Source of the DNA: Candidatus Hadarchaeota archaeon
GTDB lineage: Archaea > Hadarchaeota > Hadarchaeia > Hadarchaeales > JAGGTB01
Assembly (NCBI GenBank): GCA_964608515.1
Contig: CAZSNS010000001.1
Location: 15,210-79,209, forward strand
DNA: 64,000 nt
Reading direction: 5' to 3'
The notes beneath the pieces are model-generated. The model was not told the DNA's origin and ran no database searches. It saw only the letters and a list, made by a program, of their open reading frames with translations. Positions 9,847-18,921 of the stretch are shown here, in pieces; the stretch's first letter is position 1, and every line of letters starts with the position of its first letter. A program made the position numbers and the translations under genes.

Positions 9847-10698
9847 TTGAACATAATCCACATAATCGAACACTCGGCACAAATAATCGGGATAGTTTTC
9901 GTACTGATGATTATCATAGAATATATCGAACTCAGAACACGCGGTAAAGTCAAAAACTGGCTCGGAAAAAGCAAAGGTCGACAATACTTAGCTTCTTCCA
10001 CACTTGGAGTAACACCGGGCTGTGCGGGAGCGTTCGGAGCTGTAACATTATATACTCATGGATTTCTAAGCATAGGGTCGATAACGGCGGCGATGATAGC
10101 AACTTCGGGAGACGGAGCATTTTTAATGCTTGCATTATTTCCCAAAAAGGCGGTTATCCTCTTTACTATACTTTTCCTCATCGGAATAGTAGGTGGATTT
10201 TTCACAGATAAGATAACAAAAAAACTCAACATTCAAAAATGCAAAAAATGCCAAATAAAAACACACATAACAGAAAAACAAGAACCCAAACAACTCACAC
10301 TAAAACATTTCTTCAAAGAACACGTATACCAACACATCATAAAAGACCACCTACCCAAAATAATACTCTGGGTAACAGGCGGTTTGTTAATAATCGAATT
10401 CCTAAACGCACAAATAGGACTAGAAACAATCCTACAAGGATTACCGATTTTAATACTCCTAGCAACCGCTGTAATAGTGGGTCTGATTCCTGGATCCGGT
10501 CCTAACATCCCGTTCGTGTTATTGTTTTCAACTGGAGCAATCCCATTCTCCGTCTTACTAGCAAACTCGATAGTCCAAGACGGGCACGGGCTCTTCCCAT
10601 TACTCTCTTTCACAGTTCGAGATTCTCTAATGGTAAAAATATTCAACGCACTAATCGGATTAACAATAGGACTGGCAGTAGTCGCACTAGGTTGGTAA
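9847..10698 (+). CDS. Polytopic membrane protein, putative metal (Mn) transporter
   Basis: 283 aa with about 8-10 TM segments. Starts 4 nt after the metal repressor gene. The family assignment is weak and made by eye. Confidence 0.45.
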   Translation: MNIIHIIEHSAQIIGIVFVLMIIIEYIELRTRGKVKNWLGKSKGRQYLASSTLGVTPGCAGAFGAVTLYTHGFLSIGSITAAMIATSGDGAFLMLALFPKKAVILFTILFLIGIVGGFFTDKITKKLNIQKCKKCQIKTHITEKQEPKQLTLKHFFKEHVYQHIIKDHLPKIILWVTGGLLIIEFLNAQIGLETILQGLPILILLATAVIVGLIPGSGPNIPFVLLFSTGAIPFSVLLANSIVQDGHGLFPLLSFTVRDSLMVKIFNALIGLTIGLAVVALGW

Positions 10699-10764
10699 AG
10701 ATTAAGCTTCGAAATCAGTAGTTTTTAAAGAAAATTAAAAGATATCACTAATCGCCTGTTATCC

Positions 10765-11247
10765 TTATGCCTCAGTACTCAACAGTATTTGATCGTTTGG
10801 CGTCCAAATCACTCTAAGCGAATCTCCAGAGCTAACACTACCGATGCCTGCAGTTTGAATATTGCTTATCTTTAGAGTGTCGCCGACCTTAAAGTCTATA
10901 TTCTCGTTTGCATATTCCTTATTTTCTCCGCCAGAAGTTAGAGTCTTAACATCTGCAGTTTCCAATGATATACCGTTGATTCTAATATCTACTTGATCAG
11001 GGGTAAATTTCTGATTATTGTTAGAACCGAAGGCTGAAAGTAAGGGATCTCCTCCGTTATGGGTTATTGTTATATTATCCGTAGTTACATCCGTATCCGG
11101 GGAAAATCCGCTGACGCCGATTCTTGCGTTTTTCGGTGCTTGTGGTGCGCTTCCGCTTAGACCTGCTGCGAGTACTCCTGCGATTACCATTACTAGTCCG
11201 ATTAGTACGATGGTTGCTACCATTGGTGATAGACCTTTTTGTTCCAT
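10765..11247 (-). CDS. Archaeal type IV pilin (Pilin_N/DUF1628 type)
   Basis: Class III signal 'MEQKG|LSPMVATIVLIGLVMVIAGVLAAG', 'ITHNGGD' core, and a C-terminal 'VIWTPNDQILL' shared with the paralogues at 15891, 16917 and 18339. Confidence 0.8.
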   Translation of the reverse strand: MEQKGLSPMVATIVLIGLVMVIAGVLAAGLSGSAPQAPKNARIGVSGFSPDTDVTTDNITITHNGGDPLLSAFGSNNNQKFTPDQVDIRINGISLETADVKTLTSGGENKEYANENIDFKVGDTLKISNIQTAGIGSVSSGDSLRVIWTPNDQILLSTEA

Positions 11248-11403
11248 TTTTTGACCTCGGGCTGGTTATTATTCTGTTGATATCTATTTTTAAACGTGAT
11301 GATGTGTTTATCAGGTTTTTTTATCGTAAATGATAATTGAAACTAGGAAAACCCAAATTTTTAAAAATACTGGGTCTTTTTCCTTTTTTTCACAAGTTAG
11401 ACC

Positions 11404-13221
11404 TTAAAAAGGCATCAAAGATATTATAAGGTCAGGATAGGCGAAAGCGAACCAACCAATTATAACCATAATTAGGGAGTGTTTTATCCCGACTAGTGGA
11501 TCTCCACTTGAAAATTCTCCAGCAACTATTCCCGAGAAAGCTCCTTGCAGTAAAATTGCGTGGTTAAACAACGTTTTCAGCATCTCTTTATTTAGTCCGG
11601 AAAGTCCGGGACCCATTCCTCCTCCTGCTGGTACGCCTCCAGCTCCACCCCCTCCTCCTGGTAGTGCTTCTAGGAATCCGTGAATTATTCCTATTCCGCT
11701 AAATAAGAAAACGAAAAAAATCATGTATACTATAATAACGTAAGTGAATGAAACGTTTGCTCTCTCCCGCTTCAAAGTAATCTCCATACTAACATCTCTA
11801 GTCAAAACATTCAAAACATCTGCAATATTTGCTGTTGCTCTTGCAGCTCGTTCCATTACAGTAACGATTCGGGATAAAAATCCGCTCCTGATTCGTTTCT
11901 CCATATTAGAAAGAGCTTTAGTAGTAGTCTCCCCCCATGTAATATCTCTTTTTATCTCTTGAACCTCAGAAGAGAGCTCACCAAACCTATCCGGACTACT
12001 TGACTTAATAGCACGAGGTGGTGAAAGACCGGAATTAACAGCATCTGAAATTGATCTTAAAAAATTCGGCATCGCTTCCATAATCTTCCCAACTCTCCTC
12101 CGCCTTTTCTCGTAAAAAATAGCGAAAGGACCTGTACAGATGAGTCCGCTAAAAACGGCAATCGTAGTATAATCCATACCGGTAATTAAGAATTGAAATC
12201 CTGCAAAAACAATGGCGGCTGGACCCGTAATCCACAAAATGTCGGTAGGTTTGTCCGTAAAATTTTCTATTGGTGAAGTTAGTAATTTTTTCATTTTTCT
12301 TTTAATGAGTTCCAAATAGTCTGAGAAAGTAGGTTCTTCTTCCCCTGTAATCTCTGCAAGCATACCTTCCCGGTCCTTTTCCGGTAAAGATCTGGAAATT
12401 CTAGCGACTAGTAGTATGAAAAGGAAAGAACCGAACGGAATACCCATATACACAATAATTTTTACGGGAAACATTGGAAGCGGTTGCAACATAGACATAG
12501 GAATCCAAACAACAAGCGCTAAATAAGGACCCAAACCCAAACCGATAACATAAATCTCAGCATAAAGAGCTAATTCTTCAAAAGCCCTCTTCTGACCTTC
12601 TTCAGCTTCTTCATAATACTTCTCTGCTCTTTCTTCCAAAAACTCACCAATATCAGCACCGGTCTCCACAACTGAAGCTAAAGGTTCTAAAAACTCCTTA
12701 AACTTAACAGAAGGAGTGTTTTGAGCTACATTAATAATCGCCTCCGAAGGACTATGACCGAAATAATCCACATTTCTAACAATCGCCTGAGCTTCTTTCG
12801 CGATCTCCCCGTATTCGTCTTCTCTCTTTGATAAAGTTCGGAAAATTTCTATAGTGCCAGCACCTCCCTTACTCATTGCTAATAAGAAAGCAGTTGCGTG
12901 AGGTAGAGCAGCTTCGATTTCTTCAGCCCGTCCATCAGCTATCATAACTGGGAAATAGAGGAAAAGTCGGTAAAGTCCGAATCCGCCTCCGATTGCTATC
13001 CCTGCAGATATTCCTAAGCTTTGGAGGAGGGGAAATATTCCTAAGAAGTTCCATAGTAGGAAAAAAGTGAAACCGCCGAAGAATACGCCTAATAATCCGG
13101 AAAGGGGTCCGTATGTTGCTAAATACTCTTCAGGGGTTTTTGCTATTCGAGCTTTTCTCAGATTCTCCCGGAGGTTGGAATTATCTCTACCTTGAAATAA
13201 GCCTTTTAAGAATCCGTTCAT
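11404..13221 (-). CDS. FlaJ/TadC-like type IV filament platform membrane protein
   Basis: 605 aa, polytopic, with two T2SS-F-like halves. Gly-rich loop 'LPGGGGGAGGVPAGGGMGPG'. Sits directly downstream of the ATPase. Confidence 0.8.
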   Translation of the reverse strand: MNGFLKGLFQGRDNSNLRENLRKARIAKTPEEYLATYGPLSGLLGVFFGGFTFFLLWNFLGIFPLLQSLGISAGIAIGGGFGLYRLFLYFPVMIADGRAEEIEAALPHATAFLLAMSKGGAGTIEIFRTLSKREDEYGEIAKEAQAIVRNVDYFGHSPSEAIINVAQNTPSVKFKEFLEPLASVVETGADIGEFLEERAEKYYEEAEEGQKRAFEELALYAEIYVIGLGLGPYLALVVWIPMSMLQPLPMFPVKIIVYMGIPFGSFLFILLVARISRSLPEKDREGMLAEITGEEEPTFSDYLELIKRKMKKLLTSPIENFTDKPTDILWITGPAAIVFAGFQFLITGMDYTTIAVFSGLICTGPFAIFYEKRRRRVGKIMEAMPNFLRSISDAVNSGLSPPRAIKSSSPDRFGELSSEVQEIKRDITWGETTTKALSNMEKRIRSGFLSRIVTVMERAARATANIADVLNVLTRDVSMEITLKRERANVSFTYVIIVYMIFFVFLFSGIGIIHGFLEALPGGGGGAGGVPAGGGMGPGLSGLNKEMLKTLFNHAILLQGAFSGIVAGEFSSGDPLVGIKHSLIMVIIGWFAFAYPDLIISLMPF

Positions 13222-13245
13222 TCTCTCGGCTCTCCTTCAAAAAAC

Positions 13246-15780
13246 TTATGAGATTTCTTCCAAAATTCTCTCGGAGTTATAGTAGTATTGTCTAATTGTT
13301 GATGCAATTTCTCCATACGAAGTAATATCGTTCTCCGCCAAATAACTTAGCACTTTTTCCCGATTGTTTAGCTCTCTTCGGATTTCGGAACTGTCTAACC
13401 CTTCGTTTTCTTGGATTTCTCTCAAATGTTTTGAGTCCTCTCTCTTATTGAAGATATCTCCTGATTTTTCCCATTCGTAAATTTCTGCAATTCTAATATC
13501 TCGAGTATCCGGGTCTAATCCGGTAATTTCTACTACTCTTTCGTTTCGACGAGCTCTTTTTCTCCCTAGATTAGTGATTTTTTGGAGGCAAATGATGTCT
13601 AAACCGGCGAACATACTTTTTGAGATGTTCATCGGGTCTCCTTGAATTCTGTTTGCAGCTCTTTGAACAGATCCGGCATGCATTGTACAGAAGGCTGTGT
13701 GTCCTGTAGATATTGCTTGGAACATAGCTCTGGCTTCTATTCCTCGAACTTCTCCTACGATTAGTATTTCTGGTCTTTGCCTCATTGCGATTTTTACGAG
13801 TTCATGCATGTCTATTTCTTTTGCACCTACTTCTTCTCTAGTTACGTTGGGTAGCCAGTTTTCTTGGTATAGGGATAATTCTCGAGTATCTTCAATTGAT
13901 ACAATTTTGGCATCGGGGGGGATGAAGAATCCTAGTGCGTTAAGTGTTGAAGTTTTTCCACTTGCTGTTCCTCCGATAATCATTGTGTTTTTCCCATGTT
14001 CTGAAGTCAGCCAGAGATAGGCTAACATTTGTGGGCTAAAAGTACCATATTTTATCAAATCTACTGGAGTGAAAGTGCTTCCCATGAATCTTCTTATACT
14101 GAACGAACTTCCTCTGGTGGTAACTTCTGTTCCGAAGGTAGCTTGGACTCTTGACCCGTCTGGAAGTGAAGATTCGGCTACGGGCTCTCCGTATGAGAGA
14201 TGTGATCCGCTTTTTTCTGCTAGTTGGGCGACGAACGAGTCTAGCTCGTCTCCGAATTTTACGTTTGTTCTAATATTGTAATACTTTCTATGGTATAGAT
14301 AGATAGGAACGTTTTTCCCATCACATGAAATATCCTCGATATCCTGATCTTTTAGAAGAGGGTTAAGCTTGTTGAGACCTAGGTTGTCTCTTTTGATGAA
14401 GTATAAAAGTTTGTAAGCGGTTCGGGGTTCTTTTATACCATGGTTTTTAACCACTTCGGCAAATTTTTCTTCAAGCACATTTTCTTTTTCACCCTCTTCA
14501 ATTTCTTCATAAGGCAAAACGTCTCGTAAACCAGTCCAAACCTTGCTCAACAATTCTTTCTCTTCTTCAGTTAGAACTGGCTCGACAAGATGGTAACGGA
14601 ACTCGCCAGTTTTTTCGTTACGTAAAATAACAGTGAAATTGAAAGGTTCTTCAATCCAATACCTTTCCACCTCGTCAAATTGGGACTTACCTTCAAAAAT
14701 CGAAATAGGACCGTCTTTTAAAGGATGGAAAGGTTCAAGCCCCGGAATTTCAACCTCCTTCACTTCCACCCCATATTCATCGACAAGACGCCTTAACTTT
14801 CCTAAACCATCTGCAGGATTCCAAAGTCTCTGAACGTCCAAATAAGATTGAGGTTCGCCTTTTTCCTCCTCAACCTCAGGAATAAACTCTTCCTGAGGGG
14901 ATTCAACCGGTTCAATCTCTTCCTCTTCTTCAATATCTTCGTCCTCCTCCAAATCGCTTAAAAACTTCGAATCTTCCTCCTCAGCAACAGGTTCCGGAAC
15001 TTCCGACTCTATCTCCTGATCAAACTCACCAGCCTTTTCTTCTAAACCACCCCCACCACCTTCAACCGATCCACCCCCACCTTCCCCTCCACCAATTCCA
15101 CCTTCTGTTTTTAACGGTCCTCCCTTCATTTCTTCTATTTCCCCGATTTCAGCCTCAATTCCAGGAGTTTCAAATATTCCCTTTTCGATCTTAATCTCAG
15201 GAGCTCCCCCACCTTCAGAACTCAGCTCTGCCTTATCCGCTTTGGTTTTCATATCACCATCAGTTTCCCGGTAAATCTTTTGTTTGATATTATCCCCCAA
15301 CTGAGAAATCTCTCTAGCCTCCTCCAGCAACGTTCGATAATCTTTCCTATCTAAAGCTTTCTTCATCTTAATCATTCTTCTTTCAGCTTCTCTGACAAGT
15401 TCCGGTGCATAATCTTCAGCTTCATCGGCTTTAATCTCCCTCAACTTTTGAAAAGCAGAACCGATCGTATCCTTCAAAACTCTAGCCGCCCGCTCCATCT
15501 TTTCCTTACGCTTCTCAGCACGTTTCCTAACCTTATCCGCAGCTTTCCTAATCTCATCAGAAATAGAAATAACCTTATCAAAATTATCAGACTTATAAGC
15601 CTCCTCAGCCTCCAAAAGCCAACTCTCGGCCTCCTCCGCCAACTCGTCAGAATAAGACTCTGCTTCGATTCCCTCTAACTTGTCGATAGCCTCCTCTAAC
15701 CCACTCACTAAATCCCTTAGAGATTCTAACTCCTCTTTAGCCTCAACTTGCGATGTAGAAGCCATACTATCGATATCCAT
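13246..15780 (-). CDS. FlaI/PilB-like type IV filament ATPase with long acidic N-terminal extension
   Basis: 844 aa. Walker A 'GGTASGKTST', Walker B 'EILIVGEVRG', His box 'TGHTAFCTMHAG'. The first ~335 aa are coiled-coil, acidic and poly-Gly. Confidence 0.9.
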   Translation of the reverse strand: MDIDSMASTSQVEAKEELESLRDLVSGLEEAIDKLEGIEAESYSDELAEEAESWLLEAEEAYKSDNFDKVISISDEIRKAADKVRKRAEKRKEKMERAARVLKDTIGSAFQKLREIKADEAEDYAPELVREAERRMIKMKKALDRKDYRTLLEEAREISQLGDNIKQKIYRETDGDMKTKADKAELSSEGGGAPEIKIEKGIFETPGIEAEIGEIEEMKGGPLKTEGGIGGGEGGGGSVEGGGGGLEEKAGEFDQEIESEVPEPVAEEEDSKFLSDLEEDEDIEEEEEIEPVESPQEEFIPEVEEEKGEPQSYLDVQRLWNPADGLGKLRRLVDEYGVEVKEVEIPGLEPFHPLKDGPISIFEGKSQFDEVERYWIEEPFNFTVILRNEKTGEFRYHLVEPVLTEEEKELLSKVWTGLRDVLPYEEIEEGEKENVLEEKFAEVVKNHGIKEPRTAYKLLYFIKRDNLGLNKLNPLLKDQDIEDISCDGKNVPIYLYHRKYYNIRTNVKFGDELDSFVAQLAEKSGSHLSYGEPVAESSLPDGSRVQATFGTEVTTRGSSFSIRRFMGSTFTPVDLIKYGTFSPQMLAYLWLTSEHGKNTMIIGGTASGKTSTLNALGFFIPPDAKIVSIEDTRELSLYQENWLPNVTREEVGAKEIDMHELVKIAMRQRPEILIVGEVRGIEARAMFQAISTGHTAFCTMHAGSVQRAANRIQGDPMNISKSMFAGLDIICLQKITNLGRKRARRNERVVEITGLDPDTRDIRIAEIYEWEKSGDIFNKREDSKHLREIQENEGLDSSEIRRELNNREKVLSYLAENDITSYGEIASTIRQYYYNSERILEEIS

Positions 15781-15840
15781 TATATAAAGGGGAATTCTTT
15801 TTTAAAAAAAAATTTCGGCACTATTTTATCAATTGATAGA

Positions 15841-15880
15841 CACAAAAAAACAAAAATAAAAAACCCCCAAAACTGGGGGG
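15841..15880 (-). terminator. Hairpin plus oligo-T terminator after the pilin gene, upstream of the ATPase gene
   Basis: Minus strand reads TAA-ACTCTCTAAT-CCCCCC-AGTTTT-GGGGG-TTTTTTATTTTTGTTTTTTTGTG. The stem is 15864-15880 and the T-tract is 15841-15863. Confidence 0.55.
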
Positions 15881-15890
15881 ATTAGAGAGT

Positions 15891-16487
15891 TTAAACTGTT
15901 TCCTCGAACAACGTTTCATCATCTGGTGTCCAGATGACTGCAACTGTATCTCCGGCACTCATTCCTGGATCAAGATTAGATATTCTGAGAAGGTCTCCCA
16001 GATAGAAATCTAAATTATCCTTAGTGGTAAAATTATCACCAGTTACACCAGAAAGATTATTAATATCAGCGTCCCATTGATCATTTTCTAGAACATAAGT
16101 GTTGTCTGATGCTCCTTCTTTTTCCTCTGTTCTAACGATAGCGGTACCATCAACGGTGGCTTTTAGTACATCAGCTGTTACTTTTTCTCCTGCGATTCTT
16201 GCTTCCATCTGATTCCAAACAACTTTGACATTATTGATTGTATTATCTGTTGGATCTACTTCAGCTTTGAGATACCATGATTCTTCGAAAGTTTTTCCTG
16301 CATCGTGGGTTAACTCTAACTGGTCACTTTCTGGACCTATTCCATCCACGCCGATTTCTGAACCTGATCCGCGTGGTTCGTCCTCTGAGCCTCCGGAGAG
16401 TCCGGCTGCGAGTACTCCTGCGATTACCATTACCATTGCTATTAGTACGATGGTTGCTACCATCGGGGAAAGTCCTCTATCTTTAAT
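15891..16487 (-). CDS. Archaeal type IV pilin (DUF1628 type), likely major pilin; predicted ATT start
   Basis: The track starts at 'MVATIVLIAMV', but the frame is open to 16490 and encodes '(I)KDRGLSPMVAT', identical to the 'DRGLSPMVAT' leader of the 16917 paralogue. GGGGGTG lies 6 nt upstream of the ATT. C-terminal 'VIWTPDDETLF'. Confidence 0.8.
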   Translation of the reverse strand: MKDRGLSPMVATIVLIAMVMVIAGVLAAGLSGGSEDEPRGSGSEIGVDGIGPESDQLELTHDAGKTFEESWYLKAEVDPTDNTINNVKVVWNQMEARIAGEKVTADVLKATVDGTAIVRTEEKEGASDNTYVLENDQWDADINNLSGVTGDNFTTKDNLDFYLGDLLRISNLDPGMSAGDTVAVIWTPDDETLFEETV

Positions 16488-16916
16488 ATTTTACACCCCC
16501 TGGGAATCCATTGGTTATTTTTTTCTTGAATTCCCCATTTAAACGTCAGGATTAGCTTATCAAAAGAGATAATAAACTCATTTCAACACGATTTTTTCTC
16601 GATAATTATTAAGCACTTCCTAAAACCTGTTCCATATAATTATTCTGGGAAGTCGATGGTCTTTTTTTCTGTAAAAAGAACTAGATTTGGAAATAAGGCA
16701 TTAAAAAATGCAGATCCGGTTTTATTGCCATTTTCTTTTCCATAATGTTACAAATGTGGTCAGAACTAGATCTATTGAAGAATAATAAATTCAAAAAATT
16801 GGAATTAGCTTAGGAAATCTTCTGACGAAAATGTGAAGATTAACTCTCTTTAAGACTTGAAATCAGAAGTTCATTGCAAAGAAGATAGGAAACCAAGTTA
16901 GTGAAATTGTTGAGAT

Positions 16917-17399
16917 TTATACCTCTTCCGTAAACAAAATCTGATCATTAGGGGTCCAAACCAGTGTGACTTCATCACCAGATTTTAACTGAGGTACCAT
17001 ATTCTCTAGCTCGAGTAGGTCACCGGCCTGAAGATCTAGTTGATTTTCTGGACCTTGTTTATGTATTCCTGCTTCGGTAGCTTTTGCCACGTCGGCTTCT
17101 ACGTTTTCTCCAGCTACTCTCAATTCTAAGTTACGCCAGACTATGTTGTCGTCACTATCCATATCGAAACTGTCTTTCAATATGTCTCCAGATTTCATAT
17201 GTATTTTGACATGGTCGCTTCCCGGTTCTAATCCTTCAATGCTCATTCCTGCTTGTCTAGGTTCGTTTTGGGTTCCTCCGCTTAGTCCGGCTGCGAGTAC
17301 TCCTGCGATTACCATTACCATTGCTATTAGTACGATGGTTGCTACCATCGGGGAAAGTCCTCTGTCGGTTTTTGGTAGTACTTTTTTGGTTCTTTTCAT
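16917..17399 (-). CDS. Archaeal type IV pilin (DUF1628 type)
   Basis: The internal ATG at 17399 gives 'MKRTKKVLPKTDRG|LSPMVATIVLIAMVMVIAGVLAAG'. The 39 upstream codons in the track are AT-rich promoter-like sequence (TTTATAAA at 17433-17440). C-terminal 'LVWTPNDQILF'. Confidence 0.8.
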   Translation of the reverse strand: MKRTKKVLPKTDRGLSPMVATIVLIAMVMVIAGVLAAGLSGGTQNEPRQAGMSIEGLEPGSDHVKIHMKSGDILKDSFDMDSDDNIVWRNLELRVAGENVEADVAKATEAGIHKQGPENQLDLQAGDLLELENMVPQLKSGDEVTLVWTPNDQILFTEEV

Positions 17400-17568
17400 A
17401 GTATTCTGCTTTAACTTGTCCGGAACTCTGTTTTTATAAATATTGTTGTATTTTTCGCTTTTGATTATCGGAATAAAACATAATTTTAACCGATAAAATT
17501 CGAATATTTTTTTCAAAATTTTTCTTTGGAGTTATAAATGAAAATTATCTAACCCTAACTGGGAAAAA

Positions 17569-18336
17569 ATGAAGATAAGATTTAAAGACAGAGTAATTCC
17601 GTTGGCTTTGTTGGCTGCTTCGATATTTATTTATATGACATATATTCTTCCAACTCTTTTAGGCACCCCTACAGCCTTAACTGCTGTGACTTCAAATTCG
17701 ATGCAACCTACTTTGGAGAGAGGGGATTTGGCGGTAATTGCGGGTTATAATGATTTTGAGGGGGTGAGTGAGAATGATATAGTTGTCTATTCTCTTGAGA
17801 ATTGGGGTTTTGTGGTTCATAGAGTTGTAAAGATTAATCCTGAAGAAGGGACTGTGAGAACGAAAGGTGATGCGAATTCTCAGATGGATAAGTGGAGTGT
17901 CGATTATAAGGATATAAGGGGGAGAGTGGTCTCTAAAATCCCTTATATAGGTTATATGGTGATGGCTGGGAAGTCGTTCTTATCTGATTTAGAGGGTTTA
18001 GGAATGCCTAGTCCGGTTTTGGGTGGGGCTCTGGCAGGTATCGCTGTGGTTTTGTTTCTTTCTGGGTTGGAGTCTCCTCCTTGGCGGGAGGGTGTGGGAC
18101 GTTCTCGTAAGGATAAGTGTAAAAGAGAAGTTACGAATTTTCTAAGTTCTGATGAGGATAAAAAGAGGGTAGATATTGATATTTCTCCTGAGAAATCTTT
18201 TTCGGCATTGAGAGAAGCTGTGAAATCTTGTGGTGTGAGTGATCAAGTGGGGGTGGTTGGGTGTGAGAATGAAGTTTATCTTGTTAAAAAAGGTGGGGGA
18301 AATATTTCAAATCTTTTGTCGTTGGATTCAGAGTAA
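17569..18336 (+). CDS. Sec11/archaeal-type signal peptidase I with extra C-terminal TM and cytoplasmic tail
   Basis: 'SNSMQPTLERGDL' (Ser box), 'VVHRVVK' (His box), 'TKGDANS'. Followed by a second TM and an ~85-aa tail. Confidence 0.8.
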   Translation: MKIRFKDRVIPLALLAASIFIYMTYILPTLLGTPTALTAVTSNSMQPTLERGDLAVIAGYNDFEGVSENDIVVYSLENWGFVVHRVVKINPEEGTVRTKGDANSQMDKWSVDYKDIRGRVVSKIPYIGYMVMAGKSFLSDLEGLGMPSPVLGGALAGIAVVLFLSGLESPPWREGVGRSRKDKCKREVTNFLSSDEDKKRVDIDISPEKSFSALREAVKSCGVSDQVGVVGCENEVYLVKKGGGNISNLLSLDSE

Positions 18337-18338
18337 GG

Positions 18339-18809
18339 TCAGATTTCTACCGATAAAAGAACTTGATTTGTGGGTGAATAAACAACGGATAATCTGTCAT
18401 TTTTTTCAAGTTGTAATTTGAAGTTAAGTTTATCTCCTGAGGTATAGGTGACCAGTCCTATTTCGTTATCTCCGTTTAGGTTTGCTTGGTCTACTGAGTT
18501 AATATTTACTTTTTCCCCGTTTTTTCTTATTTCTAAGTCTTTCCAAGCTATTTCGCCATTTTCTAGAACGAACGAGTTAGGTATGTCCCCCCCTCCCTGA
18601 TGGGATAAAGTTAGTGTGTTTTCTTCGTAATGGAGTCCTAGAGAGGGTGAAATTGAATCGCGGGGAGTTGCTTCTGGTATTAATGAGATTATGGAAGCAG
18701 CCAGGAGCATAGATAAACCTATTAATATAATAATGGCTACCATTACTGAAATTCCTGCTTCTTCCGACAAGTTCTTATCATTTTCATTTCCAATTTTAAT
18801 CAAATTCAA
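18339..18809 (-). CDS. Divergent DUF1628-type pilin
   Basis: TTG start 9 nt after GGAGG. 'EEAG|ISVMVAIIILIGLSMLLAA', 'LSHQGGGD', and C-terminal 'VVYSPTNQVLL'. Confidence 0.7.
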   Translation of the reverse strand: MNLIKIGNENDKNLSEEAGISVMVAIIILIGLSMLLAASIISLIPEATPRDSISPSLGLHYEENTLTLSHQGGGDIPNSFVLENGEIAWKDLEIRKNGEKVNINSVDQANLNGDNEIGLVTYTSGDKLNFKLQLEKNDRLSVVYSPTNQVLLSVEI

Positions 18810-18921
18810 TAGGTTACTCCTCCTACAGGGATTTTATTAAAATCGTTGGGGATTGGGAAATAATTTTAGTTTTCCACTTTCTTAGGTAATTTTTTCTTTT
18901 CATTCCTTAAGGACCCTTATA

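Noticed and set aside
16500-16916. A 417-bp gene-free gap between two pilin genes, examined for an ncRNA, tRNA or small ORF.
   Set aside because: There is no GC-rich stem structure, no tRNA-like cloverleaf segments and no convincing ORF. It looks like AT-rich promoter or spacer DNA.
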